From NCBI RefSeq assembly GCF_003018255.1, contig NZ_CP027440.1: 64,000 nucleotides of DNA; one strand, given 5' to 3'. A model generated the notes under the pieces. That model was not told the DNA's origin, ran no database searches, and saw only the letters and a list, made by a program, of their open reading frames with translations. A program made the position numbers and the translations under genes. The DNA is from Escherichia coli. Lineage in GTDB: Bacteria; Pseudomonadota; Gammaproteobacteria; Enterobacterales; Enterobacteriaceae. Of the stretch, positions 40,999 to 52,141 are shown in pieces (the first letter of the stretch is position 1; the number at the start of each line of letters is the position of its first letter).

Positions 40999-41640
40999 AT
41001 GCACCCTCGCGCCCTGTTACTGGTCGATTTACAAAATGATTTCTGTGCTGGTGGCGCGCTCGCCGTGCCGGAAGGTGACAGTACGGTGGATGTCGCTAAC
41101 CGCCTGATTGACTGGTGCCAGTCGCGCGGTGAAGCGGTTATCGCCAGTCAGGACTGGCACCCGGCGAATCACGGCAGTTTTGCCAGTCAGCACGGTGTAG
41201 AGCCTTATACGCCAGGCCAACTCGACGGTTTGCCACAAACCTTCTGGCCAGATCACTGTGTGCAGAACAGTGAAGGCGCACAATTACATCCGTTACTGAA
41301 CCAAAAAGCGATCGCAGCGGTGTTCCATAAAGGCGAAAATCCTTTAGTTGACAGTTACAGTGCCTTTTTTGATAACGGCCGTCGGCAGAAAACCACGCTC
41401 GATGACTGGTTACGCGATCATGAAATCGATGAATTGATCATTATGGGTCTGGCTACTGACTATTGCGTGAAGTTTACCGTGCTGGACGCGTTACAGTTAG
41501 GTTATAAGGTTAATGTGATTACCGATGGTTGTCGTGGCGTGAATATCCAGCCACAGGACAGTGCGCACGCGTTTATGGAGATGTCAGCAGCTGGGGCAAC
41601 GCTATATACGCTGGCAGATTGGGAAGAGACGCAGGAGTAA
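40999..41640 (+). CDS. pncA: nicotinamidase/pyrazinamidase
   Basis: ORF 40981-41640; start at ATG 40999 with RBS aaggaga; isochorismatase-fold, 213 aa. Confidence 0.9.
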   Translation: MHPRALLLVDLQNDFCAGGALAVPEGDSTVDVANRLIDWCQSRGEAVIASQDWHPANHGSFASQHGVEPYTPGQLDGLPQTFWPDHCVQNSEGAQLHPLLNQKAIAAVFHKGENPLVDSYSAFFDNGRRQKTTLDDWLRDHEIDELIIMGLATDYCVKFTVLDALQLGYKVNVITDGCRGVNIQPQDSAHAFMEMSAAGATLYTLADWEETQE

Positions 41641-41800
41641 TATTAGTTGGATTCATCTCTGGCCTACATTTCCTCAATGACATTGTAGGCCAGGTAATAC
41701 TTGTTAGTGTTGCATTTAACCTACTCGCAGCTAAAACACGACATCCGAACAAGTCTATTTGCCCTCCCTTAATAACAGGCTTAAATACTAGACAACTCAT

Positions 41801-42073
41801 TCACTTAAACATGGCAATAGGCTTTGCTGAGATACCAAAATCTTCTTTTAACTGTTGTTTGCTCTTCATGACCATCTGACCATTTGTGTCAATTGTCATA
41901 TGCTGTGCTTCGGTATTATTACGGGCTTGCCACAGCATCACCAGTTGCAGGCAGTTCTCTTTTTGTTCCTCGGTCAACGCAACGCCATCAGGCCATTTCC
42001 CCAGTTCAACGGCGGTCGACAAACGCTGGTATACCTCAGGCGTCATGCTGTTGATAATGTCATCAAGATTCAT
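41801..42073 (-). CDS. yeaC: DUF1315 protein YeaC
   Basis: ORF 41801-42118; start at ATG 42073 (MNLDDIINSMTPEV...); 90 aa. Confidence 0.8.
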   Translation of the reverse strand: MNLDDIINSMTPEVYQRLSTAVELGKWPDGVALTEEQKENCLQLVMLWQARNNTEAQHMTIDTNGQMVMKSKQQLKEDFGISAKPIAMFK

Positions 42074-42114
42074 AATTTTTCCGCTCCTGTGGAATAAGTT
42101 GCTGAATCGTTTTT

Positions 42115-42528
42115 TCAACCGTTGATTTCTTCGCCGTTTTCGCCATCGGTAAAGCGTAAAGAGGCAGAGTTAACACAATAACGTTCGCCCGTTGGCTGCG
42201 GCCCGTCGGGGAAGACATGCCCCAGATGGGCATCACAGTTACCGCAACGAATTTCTATGCGCTGCATTCCATGTGACAAGTCTTTGATATAACAAATAGA
42301 TTCTTCACTCACCGGTTCGTAGAAACTGGGCCAGCCACAGCCGGAATCATACTTGGTTTGGGAATGAAACAGCGGGGCATCGCAGATCAAACAGTGATAT
42401 ACGCCGTCACGCTTGTTATGCAGTAAACGACCCGTAAATGGCGGTTCTGTCCCATGATTCTGCGTCACGTAGAACTGCATCTCGGACAAATTTTTTTTCA
42501 GTTCTTCTGCCGAAGGTTTATTAGCCAT
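42115..42528 (-). CDS. msrB: peptide methionine-(R)-S-oxide reductase MsrB
   Basis: ORF 42115-42558; start at ATG 42528; zinc-binding CxxC pairs and SelR catalytic region; 137 aa. Confidence 0.95.
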   Translation of the reverse strand: MANKPSAEELKKNLSEMQFYVTQNHGTEPPFTGRLLHNKRDGVYHCLICDAPLFHSQTKYDSGCGWPSFYEPVSEESICYIKDLSHGMQRIEIRCGNCDAHLGHVFPDGPQPTGERYCVNSASLRFTDGENGEEING

Positions 42529-42857
42529 TTGCTCACATCTCACTTTAATCGTGCTCACATTACGTGACTGATTCTAACAAAACATTAACACCAACTGGCA
42601 AAATTTTGTCCTAAACTTGATCTCGACGAAATGGCTGCACCTAAATCGTGATGAAAATCACATTTTTATCGTAATTGCCCTTTAAAATTCGGGGCGCCGA
42701 CCCCATGTGGTCTCAAGCCCAAAGGAAGAGTGAGGCGAGTCAGTCGCGTAATGCTTAGGCACAGGATTGATTTGTCGCAATGATTGACACGATTCCGCTT
42801 GACGCTGCGTAAGGTTTTTGTAATTTTACAGGCAACCTTTTATTCACTAACAAATAG

Positions 42858-43865
<1,008 letters not shown>

Positions 43866-43886
43866 GTTGAGATGACACTGTGATCT

Positions 43887-43917
43887 AAAAAGAGCGACTT
43901 CGGTCGCTCTTTTTTTT
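43887..43917 (+). terminator. Strong intrinsic terminator of gapA
   Basis: AAAAAGAGCGACTTCGGTCGCTCTTTTTTTT: perfect hairpin with flanking A and T runs. Confidence 0.9.
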
Positions 43918-43948
43918 ACCTGATAAAATGAAGTTAAAGGACTGCGTC

Positions 43949-44833
43949 ATGATTAAGAAAATTTTTGCCCTTCCGGTCATCGAACAAATCTCCCCTGTCC
44001 TCTCCCGTCGTAAACTGGATGAACTGGACCTCATTGTGGTCGATCATCCCCAGGTAAAAGCCTCTTTTGCATTACAGGGCGCACACCTTCTCTCATGGAA
44101 ACCTGCGGGTGAAGAAGAAGTTCTGTGGTTGAGCAATAACACACCGTTCAAAAATGGCGTCGCTATTCGCGGTGGCGTACCGGTTTGCTGGCCGTGGTTT
44201 GGTCCGGCTGCACAACAAGGTCTGCCTGCGCACGGTTTTGCCCGCAACCTGCCGTGGACGCTGAAATCACATCGTGAAGATGCTGATGGCGTAGCGCTGA
44301 CTTTTGAATTGACACAAAGCGAAGAGACGAAAAAATTCTGGCCACACGACTTTAAGCTATTAGCGCATTTCCGCGTGGGTAAAGCCTGTGAAATCGATCT
44401 TGAAGCACACGGCGAATTTGAAACCACCTCTGCCCTGCATACCTACTTTAACGTGGGTGATATCACTAAGGTAAGCGTCAGTGGACTGGGCGATCGCTTC
44501 ATTGATAAAGTGAATGACGCGAAAGAAGATGTACTGACCGACGGTATTCAGACCTTCCCTGACCGTACCGATCGCGTGTATCTGAATCCGCAAGATTGCA
44601 GCGTGATTAATGACGAAGCGCTGAATCGTATTATCGCCGTAGGCCACCAGCATCATCTGAACGTTGTAGGCTGGAACCCAGGACCGGCGCTTTCAGTTAG
44701 CATGGGCGATATGCCGGATGATGGCTACAAGACCTTTGTTTGTGTAGAAACAGCTTACGCCTCAGAAACGCAAAAAGTCACCAAAGAGAAACCTGCACAT
44801 CTGGCGCAATCCATTCGCGTTGCGAAACGTTAA
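43949..44833 (+). CDS. yeaD: glucose-6-phosphate 1-epimerase-like protein YeaD
   Basis: ORF 43928-44833; start at ATG 43949; aldose-1-epimerase fold, 294 aa. Confidence 0.9.
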   Translation: MIKKIFALPVIEQISPVLSRRKLDELDLIVVDHPQVKASFALQGAHLLSWKPAGEEEVLWLSNNTPFKNGVAIRGGVPVCWPWFGPAAQQGLPAHGFARNLPWTLKSHREDADGVALTFELTQSEETKKFWPHDFKLLAHFRVGKACEIDLEAHGEFETTSALHTYFNVGDITKVSVSGLGDRFIDKVNDAKEDVLTDGIQTFPDRTDRVYLNPQDCSVINDEALNRIIAVGHQHHLNVVGWNPGPALSVSMGDMPDDGYKTFVCVETAYASETQKVTKEKPAHLAQSIRVAKR

Positions 44834-44849
44834 TTTGCGTTAATGTTGT

Positions 44850-44874
44850 GTGCCGGGTGCGATGCATCCGGCAC
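44850..44874. repeat. REP-like hairpin between convergent yeaD and yeaE
   Basis: GTGCCGG-gtgcgatgcat-CCGGCAC. Confidence 0.6.
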
Positions 44875-44883
44875 GTATCAACA

Positions 44884-45782
44884 TCACACCATATCCAGCG
44901 CAGTTTTTCCTTTTGGTGCCGGATATGCCTTATCCAGCATAGCTAATTCCGCTGATGAAAGTTCGACCTCAAGCACAGCCGCATTTTGTTGGACATGGGT
45001 AATCGTGGCCGCTTTTGGAATCGCCATCACACCCTGATGGCTGATTACCCACGCCAACAATACTTGTGCCGCGCTGATATTGTGAGCATGTGCAATTTCG
45101 TTGACTACCGCGTTTTTTAACAGCCCATTGCGCAACCGCCCGGCCTGGGCTAACGGACTGTAAGCCATCACCGGCATCTGCTGTTTCTGGCACCAGGGAA
45201 GTAGATCGTACTCAATCCCTCGTGAACCGAGATGGTAAAGCACCTGATTAGTGGCACACTGATTCCCCCCGGCAGCTGCCAGAGTTCCTGCATATCGGCA
45301 TAATCAAGGTTAGAAACGCCCCAGCGGCGGATTTTTCCCTGGGCGATCAATTTTTCCATCGCTGCGACAGTCTCTTCAAAAGCGAAACTGCCAGACCAGT
45401 GTAATAAGTAGAGATCGAGATAATCAGTATTGAGACGGCGTAAACTGGCTTCGCATGCATTTATCGCTTTTTGCCCGCCAGCATTCCACGGATAGACTTT
45501 AGAGACGAGAAAGACGTTCTCACGCAGGCCGGTTAATGCTTCCCCAACCACCATTTCGGCACCGCCATCGGCATACATTTCGGCGGTATCAATGAGGGTT
45601 AAACCGAGTTCAATGCCCGCGCGTAGTGCAGCAACTTCTGTTTTACGCTGACTGGCATCTTCGCCCATATACCATGTTCCCTGCCCTATGGCTGGCAGTG
45701 AGACATCGCCACTAAATTGAATCATTTTTTGTTGCATTGCTTCCTCCCAGGTATTGCACCACCGTAATGCAAAACAGGGCAT
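44884..45782 (-). pseudogene. yeaE: aldo-keto reductase YeaE disrupted by -1 frameshift in a G6 (plus-strand C6) homopolymer
   Basis: Two consecutive minus-strand ORFs (45168-45782 and 44884-45243) each carry one half of an AKR; reading frame switches at plus-strand CCCCCC 45265-45270; adding one G restores ...QLPGGNQCATNQVLYHLG... Confidence 0.7.
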
Positions 45783-45826
45783 GACGCCCTGTTTTTATGC
45801 ACAAAATGCCCTGGAAAAATGCATTA

Positions 45827-46573
45827 TCAGAATTTGTAGGTGATCCCGGTAGAAATCAGGCCAGTCCAGGATTTATCCACCATTGGGCTGTCAGTAACTT
45901 CATCAGACAGACGGGTGTAGCGCGCGGTACCGTAAACACTCCAGTCACCGAGGAAGTTGTAGCTGGCGCTCAGCTCCAGGTAAGGGCTCCAGCTGTCGTT
46001 CGGGTTATAGCCACGCAGACCGCTGCGAGCGGACTCTTTGCGCGATACGCCATAATAGTATTCGTTCTGGTTTTCGCTGTTCCACTGCACACCAATACCC
46101 GGAGTCACGGTCAGGCCACCGTTGGTGTAACGATACAACCAGGCCATATCCCAGACGATGCCGTTGCTGTTATCCAGGGTATCGCCAGCCAGGGTGGTAC
46201 GCAGGTAACCGTACTGGGTAAAGTGAGCATAAGACAGACCAGCCATCATGGTGCTCTTACGGTCATCCAGGTGACGCATTTGGTGATCGCCACTGTCTTT
46301 AGCTTTGAAGTAAAGCGGCGACCAGTAAGCGGTAATTGAAAGTTTGTCCGTTGCGTCATTCCACAGGTAGTAACCACCACCTAAGCCACGGAACCAGAAG
46401 TTATCGCCGTCATAGTTGATTACCGGTACTGGGTAAACATCGGTATCGTAATCTTTATATGGGTGTTCAACGACACCTACGCCTGCGCCCAGGGAAAATT
46501 TACCTTCAGCGTGCGCTACGCCTGCAGACGTTGCGATAAGCACTCCAAGTGCCAGAAGTTTGAGTTTGGTCAC
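45827..46573 (-). CDS. mipA: MltA-interacting outer membrane scaffold protein MipA
   Basis: 248-aa ORF with signal peptide and C-terminal aromatic residue (ITYKF). Confidence 0.9.
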   Translation of the reverse strand: MTKLKLLALGVLIATSAGVAHAEGKFSLGAGVGVVEHPYKDYDTDVYPVPVINYDGDNFWFRGLGGGYYLWNDATDKLSITAYWSPLYFKAKDSGDHQMRHLDDRKSTMMAGLSYAHFTQYGYLRTTLAGDTLDNSNGIVWDMAWLYRYTNGGLTVTPGIGVQWNSENQNEYYYGVSRKESARSGLRGYNPNDSWSPYLELSASYNFLGDWSVYGTARYTRLSDEVTDSPMVDKSWTGLISTGITYKF

Positions 46574-46889
46574 AATTAATCATTCCTTAAACAAATGTTT
46601 AGCGGGCGACAAAGTTTACCCGTCAATACATCGAAACCCAACCTTTTTACGTTTTCATTTTTTATAGTAACTGTTTAATTTTCCTGACGCAGATGACACC
46701 ACTCTTACAGCCAAATGAATTTAGCGTTACTGGCGACCCTGGTCTTTACATTAATTATGCAAAATTTATGGATGAGTTGTTGATATGCCATTGAAATTAA
46801 GAAAGCCGTGCAGGCAAGTTTTCCATTTGCCATCTACGCTTAATTTTGAAGGTGTATCACCGGGCACGTTGTTCTCATCGTCGATAAAA

Positions 46890-46905
46890 TGGCATGAGAG
46901 TTGCT
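46890..46905 (+). promoter_or_regulatory. sigma-54 (-24/-12) promoter-like element upstream of yeaG
   Basis: TGGCATGAGAGTTGCT: GG and GC at the consensus spacing, about 100 bp upstream of the yeaG ATG. Confidence 0.6.
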
Positions 46906-47008
46906 GTGTTTTAGCAAGAGACGTCGTTCAGTTTACCTCTTCCGGGAGCCTCTACTATTCATATGAACGGCTCTTAACCTGTGCTAAAAAACGAAAGGAC
47001 GGCATACC

Positions 47009-48943
47009 ATGAATATATTCGATCACTATCGCCAGCGATATGAAGCTGCCAAGGACGAAGAGTTCACACTGCAGGAGTTTCTTACCACTTGTCGGCAAGA
47101 TCGCAGTGCTTATGCCAACGCGGCTGAGCGGCTATTGATGGCTATCGGTGAGCCTGTCATGGTCGATACAGCCCTGGAACCCAGACTTTCTCGACTCTTT
47201 TCTAACCGGGTCATTGCACGTTATCCGGCGTTTGAAGAGTTTTACGGCATGGAAGACGCGATTGAACAGATTGTCTCTTATCTGAAACACGCGGCTCAGG
47301 GGCTGGAAGAGAAGAAACAAATTCTGTATCTGCTGGGGCCTGTGGGTGGGGGTAAATCATCGCTTGCTGAGCGACTGAAATCATTAATGCAGCTCGTACC
47401 GATTTATGTATTGAGCGCCAACGGTGAGCGTAGCCCGGTCAACGATCATCCGTTCTGTCTTTTCAATCCGCAGGAAGATGCGCAGATTCTGGAAAAAGAG
47501 TATGGCATTCCTCGCCGTTATCTCGGCACCATCATGTCGCCGTGGGCGGCAAAACGCCTGCATGAATTTGGTGGCGATATCACTAAGTTCCGGGTAGTGA
47601 AGGTCTGGCCGTCAATTCTGCAACAAATTGCTATCGCCAAAACGGAACCCGGTGATGAGAACAACCAGGACATCTCCGCGCTGGTTGGGAAAGTCGATAT
47701 TCGTAAACTCGAACACTACGCGCAGAATGACCCGGACGCCTACGGCTATTCCGGTGCATTGTGCCGCGCCAACCAGGGGATCATGGAATTCGTTGAGATG
47801 TTTAAAGCACCGATTAAAGTGCTGCATCCCTTGCTAACCGCCACTCAGGAAGGTAACTACAACGGGACGGAAGGTATCTCCGCCCTGCCGTTCAACGGGA
47901 TTATTCTCGCCCACTCGAACGAATCCGAATGGGTCACTTTCCGTAATAACAAAAACAACGAAGCCTTCCTCGATCGTGTTTACATCGTGAAGGTGCCGTA
48001 TTGCTTGCGCATTTCCGAAGAGATCAAAATCTACGAGAAATTGCTTAATCACAGTGAATTGACTCACGCCCCCTGCGCCCCTGGCACGCTGGAAACGCTG
48101 TCACGTTTTTCCATTCTTTCGCGCCTTAAAGAGCCAGAAAACTCCAGCATTTATTCAAAGATGCGGGTTTATGATGGCGAAAGTCTGAAAGACACAGATC
48201 CCAAAGCCAAGTCGTATCAGGAATATCGTGACTACGCCGGTGTCGATGAAGGGATGAACGGTCTGTCGACGCGTTTTGCGTTTAAGATCCTCTCCCGCGT
48301 GTTCAACTTCGATCATGTAGAAGTGGCGGCAAACCCGGTTCATCTGTTCTACGTCCTGGAACAGCAGATCGAGCGCGAGCAGTTCCCGCAAGAACAGGCA
48401 GAACGCTATCTGGAGTTCCTGAAAGGTTATCTGATCCCGAAATATGCCGAGTTTATCGGCAAAGAGATCCAGACGGCCTACCTTGAATCCTATTCCGAAT
48501 ATGGGCAAAACATTTTCGACCGTTATGTTACCTACGCGGATTTCTGGATTCAGGATCAGGAGTATCGCGATCCTGATACCGGGCAGTTGTTTGACCGCGA
48601 GTCTCTTAACGCCGAGCTGGAGAAAATCGAGAAACCGGCGGGGATCAGTAATCCAAAAGATTTCCGCAACGAGATTGTTAACTTCGTACTGCGCGCCAGA
48701 GCGAATAACAGCGGACGCAATCCGAACTGGACCAGCTATGAAAAACTGCGCACGGTTATTGAGAAGAAAATGTTCTCCAATACCGAGGAGCTGTTGCCGG
48801 TTATTTCGTTTAACGCCAAAACGTCAACCGACGAGCAGAAGAAACATGACGACTTTGTCGACCGTATGATGGAAAAAGGCTACACCCGTAAACAGGTGCG
48901 TTTACTGTGCGAATGGTATTTGCGCGTACGTAAATCGTCTTAA
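47009..48943 (+). CDS. yeaG: PrkA-family serine protein kinase YeaG
   Basis: 644-aa ORF with Walker A (GPVGGGKSS) and PrkA family sequence. Confidence 0.9.
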   Translation: MNIFDHYRQRYEAAKDEEFTLQEFLTTCRQDRSAYANAAERLLMAIGEPVMVDTALEPRLSRLFSNRVIARYPAFEEFYGMEDAIEQIVSYLKHAAQGLEEKKQILYLLGPVGGGKSSLAERLKSLMQLVPIYVLSANGERSPVNDHPFCLFNPQEDAQILEKEYGIPRRYLGTIMSPWAAKRLHEFGGDITKFRVVKVWPSILQQIAIAKTEPGDENNQDISALVGKVDIRKLEHYAQNDPDAYGYSGALCRANQGIMEFVEMFKAPIKVLHPLLTATQEGNYNGTEGISALPFNGIILAHSNESEWVTFRNNKNNEAFLDRVYIVKVPYCLRISEEIKIYEKLLNHSELTHAPCAPGTLETLSRFSILSRLKEPENSSIYSKMRVYDGESLKDTDPKAKSYQEYRDYAGVDEGMNGLSTRFAFKILSRVFNFDHVEVAANPVHLFYVLEQQIEREQFPQEQAERYLEFLKGYLIPKYAEFIGKEIQTAYLESYSEYGQNIFDRYVTYADFWIQDQEYRDPDTGQLFDRESLNAELEKIEKPAGISNPKDFRNEIVNFVLRARANNSGRNPNWTSYEKLRTVIEKKMFSNTEELLPVISFNAKTSTDEQKKHDDFVDRMMEKGYTRKQVRLLCEWYLRVRKSS

Positions 48944-49043
48944 CAACCCTGGCCCGGTACACATGCTACCGGGCCTACAACGACAGCGAACCGTGGGCCA
49001 GAGAAGCGGCAACACAGGCGTAGCATAAAGTTGGCAAATGTAG

Positions 49044-50339
<1,296 letters not shown>

Positions 50340-50485
50340 AACTGTCAGCCGGGTCATTATCGCCTGGCTGATTTTTAGTTCACTGTAAATTATCTCATTT
50401 ATTACATACATTAGCTTACAATCGCTTTAAATATGACAGCATAACCTTTACACAATTTAGTTCCAGAAAACAATCATTCGGAAAA

Positions 50486-51961
50486 ATGATTCGGTCAACA
50501 CGTATTTCCCTGGGGTTATTCTTTAATTATTTTTTATCGTTAACGAAAATTGATCCTGGTCAAAACTATATATCTCTGCCATCAATAAAATCCAGCACTC
50601 ACATTGCTCTCCTTTTTATGGCTTCTATGGGTACACAAAAATTAAAAGCTCAAGGCTTTTTTATTTTCAGCTTATTGCTGACGTTAATTTTATTTTGCAT
50701 TACTACCTTATATAACGAAAACACGAATGTAAAACTCATCCCACAGATGAATTACCTGATGGTTGTTGTGGCTTTGTTTTTCCTTAACGCCGTCATTTTC
50801 CTTTTCATGTTAATGAAGTATTTCACTAACAAACAAATTTTACCAACACTCATTTTAAGCCTTGCATTTTTAAGTGGCCTTATCTATTTAGTTGAAACCA
50901 TTGTAATTATCCATAAACCAATCAACGGCAGTACACTGATCCAGACAAAGTCGAATGATGTTTCTATTTTCTATATTTTCCGCCAACTCAGTTTCATTTG
51001 TTTAACCTCGCTGGCGCTCTTTTGTTATGGGAAAGACAACATCCTTGACAACAATAAGAAGAAAACTGGCATTCTGTTGCTGGCGCTGATTCCTTTTTTA
51101 GTTTTTCCCCTTCTGGCACACAATCTGAGCAGTTATAACGCTGACTATTCTTTGTATGTCGTCGATTACTGTCCGGACAACCATACTGCGACCTGGGGAA
51201 TCAACTATACAAAAATATTGGTTTGTTTGTGGGCATTTTTACTGTTCTTTATTATCATGCGTACACGATTAGCCAGCGAACTATGGCCGTTAATAGCATT
51301 ATTATGTCTGGCATCGCTATGCTGCAACTTACTTCTACTGACTCTGGATGAGTATAATTACACCATCTGGTATATCAGTCGCGGGATTGAAGTTTCCAGT
51401 AAACTGTTTGTTGTGTCTTTTCTGATTTATAACATTTTTCAGGAACTGCAACTCTCCAGCAAACTGGCAGTTCATGATGTACTGACCAATATTTATAATC
51501 GGCGCTACTTTTTCAACAGCGTAGAGTCATTATTGTCGCGACCTGTTGTTAAGGACTTTTGTGTCATGCTGGTTGATATTAATCAGTTCAAACGCATCAA
51601 TGCCCAATGGGGACATCGTGTGGGTGATAAAGTGCTGGTATCAATTGTCGATATTATCCAGCAAAGCATCCGCCCCGATGATATTTTAGCGCGACTGGAG
51701 GGTGAGGTGTTTGGCTTGCTATTTACCGAACTCAATAGTGCCCAGGCAAAAATCATTGCGGAACGTATGCGTAAAAATGTCGAACTCCTGACCGGCTTTA
51801 GTAACAGATATGATGTTCCTGAGCAAATGACCATCAGTATTGGCACGGTTTTTTCAACGGGTGACACACGTAATATCTCGCTTGTCATGACGGAAGCAGA
51901 TCAAGCCTTACGCGAAGCGAAAAGCGAGGGGGGCAACAAAGTGATTATTCATCATATTTAA
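50486..51961 (+). CDS. yeaI: membrane-bound degenerate GGDEF protein (EGEVF variant) YeaI/CdgI
   Basis: 491-aa ORF; N-terminal multi-TM domain, C-terminal GGDEF fold with RLEGEVFGL in place of GGDEF; AT-rich. Confidence 0.85.
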   Translation: MIRSTRISLGLFFNYFLSLTKIDPGQNYISLPSIKSSTHIALLFMASMGTQKLKAQGFFIFSLLLTLILFCITTLYNENTNVKLIPQMNYLMVVVALFFLNAVIFLFMLMKYFTNKQILPTLILSLAFLSGLIYLVETIVIIHKPINGSTLIQTKSNDVSIFYIFRQLSFICLTSLALFCYGKDNILDNNKKKTGILLLALIPFLVFPLLAHNLSSYNADYSLYVVDYCPDNHTATWGINYTKILVCLWAFLLFFIIMRTRLASELWPLIALLCLASLCCNLLLLTLDEYNYTIWYISRGIEVSSKLFVVSFLIYNIFQELQLSSKLAVHDVLTNIYNRRYFFNSVESLLSRPVVKDFCVMLVDINQFKRINAQWGHRVGDKVLVSIVDIIQQSIRPDDILARLEGEVFGLLFTELNSAQAKIIAERMRKNVELLTGFSNRYDVPEQMTISIGTVFSTGDTRNISLVMTEADQALREAKSEGGNKVIIHHI

Positions 51962-52141
51962 GTGCAAAAATATTCAGAGCCATGCTTTTTGCGTGGCTTT
52001 TGCATACAATTTATTACTATTACCCCTAAATTTCCCCTCCCCAGCGGCGCAGAGATGAGTATAATTAGCGCCCCTGTGCCAGGCCGCAATCGAACTTTAT
52101 CTGGTTTTCTCGTTTCACTAACCGAAGGAGTGCCATTTATC

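Noticed and set aside
45797-46339. 180-aa ORF antisense to mipA
   Set aside because: Embedded antisense in mipA; Val/Thr/Ala-rich low-complexity translation typical of spurious frames.
46785-47012. 75-aa ORF in the yeaG leader
   Set aside because: Lies across the sigma-54 promoter-like element in a regulatory region; no RBS and no recognisable fold; more likely non-coding.
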